Source: Chlorokybus atmophyticus
Lineage: Eukaryota; Plantae; Mesostigma and Chlorokybus algae
Direction of reading: 5' to 3'
Length of the DNA stretch: 64,000 bases
Assembly: GCA_009103225.1 (NCBI GenBank)
Contig: RHPI01002503.1
Span: 1,160,124-1,224,123, forward strand
This document shows positions 49,831 through 59,928 of this stretch, in pieces. The position numbers and the translations under genes were made by a program. Position 1 is the first letter of the stretch; each line of letters opens with the position of its first letter. Below the pieces are notes generated by a model, which did not search any database, was not told the DNA's origin, and worked only from the letters and a program-made list of their open reading frames with translations.

Positions 49831-51524
49831 AACAAGAGCTTTACAGGCAAAACGTTACTTGTAATGCTGTGCATTGATACCGTCACCGCGGGCGTGTCGG
49901 ATCGAGTCAAGCTCGACATGGTGGGCAAGGAGAGCCTCATTAGAGTGTGGTTGCCATCCGGGACAAGAAACAGAGTTGGAGATGGATGCTATCGATCTTC
50001 TTTTCGGCATCACATGTCACTGTCATGTGGCCCGCCACCCTGTCAGGCAATGGCGGTTATTAACCAAATGGCTGCACGGCGCTGCGCTCGGCAGCCGGAT
50101 AGGAAATGTCGTTTATTCCCAAGAACATGAGGTTTGTTTGCCGGCAATGCGAAGACACGCTTATGATACGTGTGCCCCCGCTCCCTCCCCTGCTTTGCAT
50201 TTATGTACAGCTATGGTAAAGTTGCATGCCCCTTCCTCCCACAGCGTCCAGCCCAGTCAAGAAAGCGCCTCGCACAAGGGCTTACGGTCAACCGTTGAGG
50301 CCCGCATGTTGCGCCGCACCAGTTGGCATCGGCGTAATGCCTTTGTGTGTGCAGTACTTGTGACTGTTTTTGGCAGAATTGCTACAAGCATTATTCCACA
50401 TGGCATGACCGGGTTAGAGATCCGATTGTTTGTGTGCGCATGTGCATGCATTTAATTGCGTGTGCGTGTGTACGTGCGTGCCAGGAACTGCAAGTGCAGT
50501 GGTGTGGACATTGTATTATTGCACATTTTATATTATATGTTCAACAATTTTCACACTCCAACATTTACCATTCTGTTAACAATGTCTGCATGACGTGTAC
50601 TCATGTACCCAAGGTTGTCAACCTACGTATTCCCGCACCACGCACAGTGACCCAACATTATGCATTACATGCTTACCTAAGCATGTGTATGGGTCTTCTG
50701 ACAGGACACAGCGGCCGTCATTCGCGGCCAACCTCGCTGGAACAGCACGAAGGGGGGGATAGGTGTTCATTATGATGCATGGCTGACGCATCAAGTGGTT
50801 CCTTGAAATCGGCACAAAGCTTGCTTTCAACTTTGTGCTCTTCAGCCAAACAGCGCGCCCAGGCACGTAATGCATCGCAACCGTCGCTGCTGCATTGGTG
50901 AGGGTGGTGGGGTGTTGTTGATGTTGCTGATTGCGGTAGTTGCATCTGAGCCATTAGCAAAGCTGACTGCAGCAACACAATTGTGCGACTGTGACAACCG
51001 ACGTTGGAGCTTTTGGTGAGCAAGAGAAGAGTTTGAAATCGAATTACACTATGACTGCAGCGGCTGAACTACAGCGGCTGCAATGGTTATGCAATCAGCG
51101 ACAAGTGCAGCAATGACAGCCGCTGCAGTAGTGCGGCTGTCGTTGCGTGTGCTTGTGCATGCACAAACACGATAGCTGCTACCTTGCTATGACTTTGCTA
51201 GAATCATCGCAACAGCAAATCATGGCTATGGCAACAACATCCACCGCTCGCCTGCCGCCGCCGCCTCCTCCACGCCTCCACTGCTCCAACGCCATGAGCA
51301 CCGACAGTTTACCAGCTGTCAAGCTCATGTATAACTGCAGCATCGCACGCAGACATGTAAGGTCCACGCGGCGTTCCGTTGGCCTACCAAACCCTAACGT
51401 ACGAACCATGCATGATGCGTCTCGCCAGCACCGCGCAACGCACCAATGAGGGTGCGTACATTGACGACCAGAAGGACCAGAGACCTTCGGCATGTCCATA
51501 CACTGTCACATGCTTAGTTGAGCC

Positions 51525-51760
51525 GCGACAGACCATGCATGGTCCGGCCGCTCCTGTGTACGCAAACCAGGGATGTACTTGGTCTGGTCGCGCACCAAGT
51601 ATGGTGCGCGACTGCGCGCCAGGTGGTGGGGCCCCGAAAGCACCATGGACGGTCCATCCCCCGCGGACCAGGCACTCGTGGTCCTCGGGGCACGGACCAT
51701 ATATGGCCCGCGGGGTCCGTGGAAGGACCATACATGGTCCTTCCACGGACCCCGCGGGCC
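51525..51760. repeat. Array of ACCA-N4-TGGT hairpins ending in a perfect 26-bp stem
   Basis: GACCATGCATGGTC; GTCGCGCACCA-AGTA-TGGTGCGCGAC (51587-51612); GGACCA..TGGTCC; GGCCCGCGGGGTCCGTGGAAGGACCA-TACA-TGGTCCTTCCACGGACCCCGCGGGCC (51705-51760). Confidence 0.9.
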
Positions 51761-52817
51761 TTGAATGTCAAGCTGTGTAGACAATAACAAACAAAGCTGA
51801 TTCACGCCTACACATCCTACGTATACATGTTGGCAACATGGTTGATGGCTGGTTACAGACCACAACACACAGTCAGATATTCCACAACTCGAGACACAAG
51901 CGCACGCGCAAGGCTCACTTTGAAACTACCATCCTCAATTTCATGTTCATTGCGTCCTCAGCGCAAACCTCGTGTTTAGCTTCAACTATCACGGCGTAGT
52001 CTTCGCTAATGGCAATGCCATCGATCTGCACATGCTGCCAACAACAACACATTCAACTTGGCATAGTTTTACAATGCAATAGAGAGCATGCTTGTTGACA
52101 ACGCACCATTGTTGTGTCTTTGCTTCAGAAGTGGCGTTGATATAAGCGTTTCGCATCCAGCTGGTCGTGCAGCATCGGATAGATGACCGCATGTTCTGCA
52201 GCCTTGTTCTCTTGGATTGTAGTCTCTCGGTGCACAAAGCCCCCCCCCCCCCCCCCTCCCCNCGTATTGTTGACCTGAATGACATCATTTCATGGCCGAC
52301 CATCAAAACCTCTTTGTAACTAGCATCATAGGTCACAAGGGATTGCAACATAAGCATGTAAAAGCAATGCTTTGCCACCAGCTGAAACAGGCGGCTATAA
52401 TAACCAATTATGACATATCTGCCATTGTCGTTCAACTCAAGCATGGACAGATCCAACACTTCCATCATATCCAACTCATCCACATTGTCGGGCATGTCTT
52501 GCAACAGTATCACGGTAACACCTGCAGCATTGTTGTAATGTGGCGTTCCACCTATATACATGAAGCTTGGGTCAATGACAGTTACAACACATATTGCTAC
52601 CAGCATGCCCATGATGTATAATTGAATTGGTTGCCTTTCTAAGGCGGATGAACTTCCAACCTTTAAAATTCATGTCGGGGTCAGGGATGTACATAATTAC
52701 GTTGCTGTCTACTCTCTCTGGCGAGACACCCCTGCTATCATTGAGTGTAAGCAAACAGAATTGCTTTTCACCCTTGTAACTGTGCAGACTACACGGTGCG
52801 TGCATGCCAAGCCACAG

Positions 52818-52897
<80 letters not shown>

Positions 52898-53525
52898 NAG
52901 CGAAGCAGCATAGCGACCAGTAAACCCGGGCCCACCATCAACGCACCTTGACATGTCATGCAGACCATCGCCTCCCGGTGCAGCCATGGCCGCGGGCACC
53001 GCCTGTGGTGGCCGTCTGCCCCTACAACAAGTCGAAACCACCTTTAACGGCTCATCACGCCTGCGCACACGTGTGTGTGCGCGCATGCATGCGCATGTCT
53101 GTTTGTGAGCGTGATCTTTAGGCTACTTGTTCAACTTACGTTGCAAAATGCGACATGCAATGCTTTCAAACTGTGCGCATGCGTACCTACGATGAAAAAG
53201 CCCCTTTGATCCCTTACACGCGCATACTATTGCTGCAGTTTAGGGCTCCTTAGACACCCACGGCACCACCTTGCAGTATCCGCAACATCAAGACGCTTAA
53301 GCAAGTCATGGACAATTGAGTTAAAGAGCTGAATCAACAACTTGGCAAGAATGCCGAGAAAACCACTAAGTCAACACGTATGCATAAACACAATAATACG
53401 CGCACGCACAAGCACGCGCACACATCATGCATGCATGCAGACACCTTCATGCAGTTGTGCATAGCAAGTTGCACCAAGCACTACAAACATATCCGGGATA
53501 TTGCCGTTAGAGGCAACTTGTTGGC
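51760..53525 (-). repeat. Right arm of the large inverted repeat
   Basis: Reverse-complement partner of 48030-49830. Confidence 0.85.
52822..52894. repeat. (AG)n microsatellite, about 36 units
   Basis: Seen directly; the homologous position in the left arm has a short (CT)n tract near 48715-48730. Confidence 0.98.
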
Positions 53526-53929
53526 TGAAGCAGCTGTCATGGCAATGAGCCAGGTTTGTCAATTTACCCTCAACTTGTGCACACAGTATTCATTGCATAT
53601 TGTGTTGATTGGTTGAGGTGAACGAGCGCACAGCAGAGGGAGCACTTCACTGTCTCGAGCTAGAGAAGTTGCTGCCACGCAATTGCTGCAATGCGTACAA
53701 CAACAGTCGTGTCGACAGTACTCACATGCACAATTATGATGGCCAAAAACAGCTAAGGTTATGTGAGTGACAAGTTCACTATCGATAACAGTGGAAGTGA
53801 CAACAAGAAAGTTGATATGTCGCACTACACTTTGATATGCATAGCTACCTTTTTATGCACAAGGTAGGTGGGCGTACATCTTATGAACCGATGTAACAAG
53901 CTCAACTCGCTTTATGCCGTATTATTTAC

Positions 53930-54840
53930 TTAGCCGGCGGACCCGCAGCTCTCAGGGTGTCCATTGCCACGCTTGCAGCACTCTGCCTTTGTGGCCAACA
54001 CGTTTTCCTGCTATTTGCATGCCTGGGCGTCGTAGCCGCACTCGCGCACGGGGTACCATGCCGTGGCGCGGTAGCAACCCTTGCTGGTGGGGGGAGAGCC
54101 TGAGGGAGAGGGAGAGGTGCAACCGCCGATGGCCTTGCAGCAAGAGAACTTGGTGTAAACCTGAAAAGGTGAGAAGTGAAGTGTAAGTTGATAGTAGGAC
54201 AGTGCTGCAGAACACGCGCAAGCGCACGCGCACACACATATATAGTCCAGAGTATGGGTTTTCTTACAGGGTTCTAGCCGCATGCTTTCAGGTCATGCAC
54301 GCATCGTTTGGCTGATTTCGGCTGCCAGAAGCATCCGTGTTCTGGCGCGGGTGTCGGGGGTTTGGCGGGGGCGCCGATGGCGATGTCGGCGCAGTTCCAG
54401 GCCTCATCTGGGTACCTCGCGGTGGTCGACCCGCAGTCGGGCACGCCGGGATCCCGCTCTTTTACCGGCCACGCCGGATTGCAGCAATTGCAACAGTGTA
54501 TACATGAGTCTCCCTTTCTCAAGAACAACTAGTGCAACAACATGATAATTTCATTTGCGTACGTGTTGCCGCTGAGGTAGTGCCAATGGAGCACGCATCG
54601 CTCGCACTTGACGCCGGCGAGGAGGGTGTACTTCATCGTGTAGGTGTAAGGGCCGGTGCCGAGGCCGCACTTGGCAAGAACCACCATAGGCCTTTGCCAT
54701 CGGCACGCTGAAGCTTGTGCTTGTTGAAGCAAGCCTGCAAGTTATTACAGTTAGCAGCCACTTGCAATACAAGCCACCACCACCACAACATTGTGTTGTT
54801 GTACCTGGGTGGCCTTGTTGCTGACGGCGGGGATGGTCAA
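53930..54840 (-). pseudogene. AA15-like lytic polysaccharide monooxygenase with two Cys-rich C-terminal modules, 5'-truncated pseudogene
   Basis: ATQ|ACFNKHKLQRADGKGLWWFL, frameshift, YTLLAGVKCERCVLHWHYLSGNT, CNP..DCG..YPDEAWNCADIAI, a Pro linker, then two GC(F/Y)..W.P..C..D..AC..CC modules. The N-terminal His brace is absent and there are two in-frame TAGs. Confidence 0.75.
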
Positions 54841-55135
54841 CGTGATTAATTATATGCGTTTATCATGTCGTTATCAACGTGCGTGTTGTAATCATCGTAA
54901 GCAATTTTGCCATGCAAGTAATGTAGTGCGTGTTTGTCATTATATGGTATCTATACATCTTTCATCATTTACGACAACTTCACAGGACCAATGGATTTTG
55001 CCGTAGTATTTGACCCACGAATATTATCATAAGCGAAAGGTCCGATCGAGGTTAACAAACCGGCTACTCTCTCGGCCAAGTGACGGGCACTTTACAGTTA
55101 AGTGGCATTAACACTTAATCGTATTTGGTCTTGTA

Positions 55136-55791
55136 TATGACGGTGCTCGTGCCTTGTCACTTGTGAGCTGGTTCAATCAACAACCCTCTCACCAAGGCAC
55201 GGTATTCACGTCGGAACCTTGCCCCCTTTGCCAAGCACACACGCGCGCCCCGCCACTCGAGTACACACGCGCATGCGCTCGAAGCTACACACCAACTTGT
55301 GTAGCGCTGTGGATCGTCACACAAGGAAGCACACACCAGTGGACACACGCTAGCAACCCCTGCTAACCACCACCAAGCTTGCACACAAGAAACTAGGGAG
55401 CTAAAGGTTGTATTGCAAATTGTAGAATGTCACTTTTATACCTATTAGTCTGCACATGCTACTGTCCAGACGATTCTAGCGCCAGACGGAACTAGAAGCT
55501 AAGATACTCTTGCAGAAACTTGTAGTACACTTCTAGACCTTTCCGACACCAAAGATCTCCTCATGTGCTGCTCACATGGTCAAGTTATACTACTTGGCGC
55601 CAGGCCCTTCCAGAAATCTGGTCAAGCCCTTCTCGACTGGCCCTCCGTTTTCTGGCGTCTTCCAGACTGGCCCTGAGCCGGTCGATATCTGCGGCAGACT
55701 CGCAACCTGCTGATATCCGCCACAAGTCATGAAAAACATGGTATCTCACAAATGGCCATGAAAATCACGATTTTTGGCCTTGACTGTTACA
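55136..55791 (-). repeat. 3' LTR of element A (656 bp)
   Basis: Direct repeat of 62603-63278; terminal TG mutated to TA at 55136. Confidence 0.95.
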
Positions 55792-57857
55792 CTCCTCGCC
55801 CCCTAAGTGAGCTTCGTCCTTGAAGCTCGCGAGGTCGTCGAGCAAGATAGTCACACACAACGTCGCAAGCATTAGCCAAGTGTGCCTCTGGCTCCCATGA
55901 TGCTTCATGCAATGTATAGCCCTTCCGAAGGAGTGGAGTCCATTTCACTAGAAACTTGCGCACGCCATGCACAAACTTCTCATCAAAGATGTCTTTTACC
56001 TCGTACTCTGGTTTACCATCCGTGCCAACTTCGGGGGGCGGCCTTTCAGGCGGTTGTCCTCGATAAGCTGTTAAAAGGGAGACGTGAAAAACTGGGTGCA
56101 CACTCATGGTGTCGGGTAGCTCCAGCTTGTACGCCACGTCCGAAATAACTTTGCTGACCGTAAATGATCCCAACCAGCGTTTATTGAGCTTGCGAACTCC
56201 CGTACGCACCTGTACATGCTTCGCGGAGAGTAACACAATGTCGCCGTCCTGAAATCTGAGGTGTCGGCGATGCGCGTCCGCGTACTGCTTTTGCCTATTT
56301 TGTGCCACCAATAGCGCCTCCCTAGCTGCCTTATTAATGTTCGCGCACTTTGTGAGGAAGCCATTAGCTGCCTCCACACGCACGTCATGTCGTCGCGGTG
56401 TCCATGCCGTCAACAGTGTCAATGAATGTTGCCCGTAGTTCATAAGGAAGGGAGTGACACCTGTGCTTGCATTGTGGTGGTTGTTGATCGCAAACTCCAT
56501 CAACTCAAGCAGCTCCGCTTGATTGTCTTGTCGCGCGTTAACGTAGCAACGCAGCATGTCCTTAATCACACTGTTGGCCCGCTCCGTTTGCCCATCGGTT
56601 TGCGGGTGGCATGCCGTGCTAAACTTCAGTGTGGTACCCAGTGCACTATGCAGCGCCTCCCAAAACTTACTTGTAAAGCAGCGGGTCGCGATCACTCACA
56701 ATGCTTCGTGGTAATCCATGAGAACAAAACACATGCTTTACGAACAAGCGTGCGGCCTCCGGTGCCGTGCAAGACTCGCTACACGGTGCCAAGCGTACCA
56801 TTTTGCTGGTTTTATCGACGAACACAAGTATAGCATCGTACCCTTCTTTTGTCTTTGGTAGACCCATAATAAAGTCCATGGTAACTTGCTCCCACTTGGA
56901 CAATGGCACAGGAAGAGGTTGCAGTAACCCACCTGGCTTTAGTTGCTTGCCTTCACCCTTTGGCATGCGTCGCACAACGCCACGTAGTTGCGCACATCGC
57001 GATGCATCTTTCGCATGTAAAAACGCTGTTTCAAGCTTGCCAAAGTCCTCTCCAACCCTTGGTGACCAGCAATGGGCAGGTCATGAGCTTTCTTCAGCAA
57101 CTTCACACGGATATGCGCGACGTTGGGGATGTACAAGCGCCCGTGGTGCCATAGCAGCCCGTCGCGCAATGACCAATGCCCACTAGTATCCGTAGCTGCA
57201 TTTCCAGCTCTTGCAACACTTTCATACCCTCCGTGTCTTCACAAAGCACTTGCCAAATCGTCGGTCCACTTGGGCTGCACTGGAGCCAGTGCCTCAATTG
57301 CATTAAGCCGGCTCAGCGCGTCAGCAACACCATTTGACGTACCGGGCTTGTACTTGATATTGAAGTCAAAGAGTTGAAAGAACTCCAGCCATCGTGCTTG
57401 TCTGCGACGTAAATGAGGTTGTGTTTGTACCTCAGTGGAGAGTGATCCGTCTCAGGCACGAACTTTGCCTTCTAGAAAACAACGCCATTGTCGTAGCGCC
57501 ATTACTTGCGCCAAAAGTTCCTTCTCGTGCACGGGGTAATTCAGCTGCGCACCACTCATCTTCTTGCTGAAGAATGCTACTGGTTGCAGGCCGTTGCCAT
57601 GGTCTTGCTGCAGAACTCCTACGGCTGTGTCGGACGCGTCGCAAGCAAAAATAAATGTCTTTTCCATGTCGGGGGGAGCCAGGACTGATGCCTCCGTCAG
57701 CGCCTTCTTCAACGCAGCAAACGCATGTTCCTCTGTTGCTGACCAGCTCCAGGTCTTTCCCTTCTTGAGCAGGGCAGTCAAGGGAGCAGCTATGCGCGAA
57801 AACCCCATGATAAACTTGCGATAATACCCCGCAAGGCCTAAAAAGGACATCACCTCC
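55787..57857 (-). pseudogene. RNase H - integrase - chromodomain of element A
   Basis: EVMSFLGLAGYYRKF, ACDASD, YPVHEKELLA, H..AGHQG..C..C, GLLQPLPVP, MDFI, HPQTDGQTER, EYEVKDIFDEK..FLVKW..EASWEPEAHL. Confidence 0.93.
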
Positions 57858-57858
57858 N

Positions 57859-59927
57859 TAATACCGGAGCTGAAGTTAATGCTAACTTCACTTGTTGCAT
57901 AGCAGTTTCTTGGTCTGACGTCCAAGAAAATGGCGCGTCCTTTCGCAACAATTTAGTTAAGGGCATTACAACTGTAGAATAACCCATCATCAATTTGCGA
58001 AAATAATTTGCCAATCCCAAAAATGATCTCAGTTGATGAATATTTTTGGGTTGAGGCCAATTCTTGACAACTTGCACCTTGCGAGGGTCAGGCTTTACAC
58101 CCGCACCACTCACAACATGTCCCAAGAATGGTAACTCCGATTTGCAAAAGTCACATTTTGCAAGGCTGGCAAATAAATGATGCTTCCGCAACAAAGTAAA
58201 CACCGCTTCTAAGTGTTGCTTATGTTCCTCTTTGGTTTTACTAAAGACAATAATGTCATCCAAGTAAACCATAACATACTTGCCAAGTATATTACCGAAA
58301 ATTTTATTCATTTCCTTCTGAAACACAGCAGGCGCATTCGTCAATCCAAAGGGTAGCACTTTGTATTGATAATGGCCCGAAGGTGTTCTGAAAGCTGTCT
58401 TATAGACATCAGCGGAATGAATTCGGATCTGATGATATCCACTTGTCAGGTCTAATGTACTGAAGTATGCATTACCTGATAGTTTATCAAACACGTCATC
58501 AATCCGTGGCAACGGGTATCGATTTTTCACCGTGATTTTGTTTAAAGCACGATAGTCCACACACATGCGCAATTTTCCATTCTTTTTCATCACAAATAGG
58601 ATGGGTGCGCCAAAGGGTGAAGAACTTGGTTCAATCAATCCTTTTTCCAATAACTCCTTGATTTGTGTTTCCATTTCCCCCCTTTCTCTAGGGCTTAGCC
58701 TATATATTGGCCGAAAAGGAGGATCACTATCAGGAATTAATGGTATAGTGTGTCCGACACCTCGGTCAGGAGGCAAGCCCGGCAACTCATCTGAGAACAC
58801 ATCTTGATATTCCTCAATGAGGTCTGCCACACCTTCAGTACTACCCGGCGCAATGTCATCTGATGAAGACAAATGTACCAGAAAAGCCGGTGTGTTTTTG
58901 CGCAACGCACGTTTCACCTGTAGTGCCGTGAGTAACGCAGGGTCGGGTTGCTTGAATTCCAAGCTATGCGACCCTTTCACAGACAATGTAATCCGCTTAC
59001 CGCCTTTCTTTACTGTGCACAAGCGTGCACCCGTATCCAATGTCATTGTGACATTATTTTGCCATTCTTGGCCTAGTACCACATCAACACCAGATATGTT
59101 GATTGCTACTACTATAAAGGCAAGATTGGCATAATAATTACCAATTTTAACCTTCAATTTTACTTCTCCCGTCACTGGCAATGTACCCCCAGCACCGGCA
59201 GCCGAAAATGCTGAGGGTTTGCGCATGATTTTATTGCGCGCAACCCATTGCTCGTCCACGAAGTTGTGTGTCGCACCAGTGTCAATCAAAAACGAGCTAT
59301 TCACACCTTGCATTGTGCCACTGAATGTCCACAACAAAGGTACCACTCGTCCTTGAAAGGTAGCCAAGAATCCGTGACTAATGCGGGGGTTGATTAATAT
59401 TGCTGATAATCGAATTGTCCCAGTCTCGCGCTTGGTGAATTGTTTTAAAACAGTACCCCCTCGAGTATACTTCAACCATGGGCCATGATATTTTGGCACC
59501 ATTGCTACCACACTCAGGGATCTGTGTTTACATTGCAATTCACTCAATGTGTGCAACACGTCGGTAAGCATGTTAAATTTCACATGTACCAGTACACAAG
59601 TATTTGCTTCCACTGTTGCAACATCAAACAGTGGTAACTTGTGATGTGTTTGCCATGCATGCGTCATTACATGCATTTGAGACAGATTATCAAACCAGTT
59701 AACTGCTTGTATCTCAAGCAACTGACTATCAACCTTTGCTACATCAGCCACAGCGTAATCCTATTCAACCTTCTTGGCTTTGCCCTTCGCCTTCGTAGGA
59801 CAGGCCTTTGCAACGTGACCCGGCTGATGGCAGATGAAACAGGTGCGAGCTGCAGTAGGTGCATTACCAGCAGACGTACCACCAATTCGAGGAGCGAATG
59901 TCTTCGCTTTCTTCGCCACATGTACAC
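57859..59927 (-). mobile_element. Segment of a second, lower-GC Ty3/Gypsy (gag end - PR - RT - RH start) bounded by single Ns
   Basis: CFICHQPGHVAKAC knuckle, TAG at 59761-59763, then an open frame with IDTGATHNF, YLDDII and SFLGLANYFRK. Ns at 57858 and 59928; no LTRs or TSD at the junctions. Confidence 0.9.
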
Positions 59928-59928
59928 N

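Noticed and set aside
51525-51760. CRISPR-like array
   Set aside because: Repeats are dyads with variable stems and irregular spacing, there are no cas genes, and the context is eukaryotic
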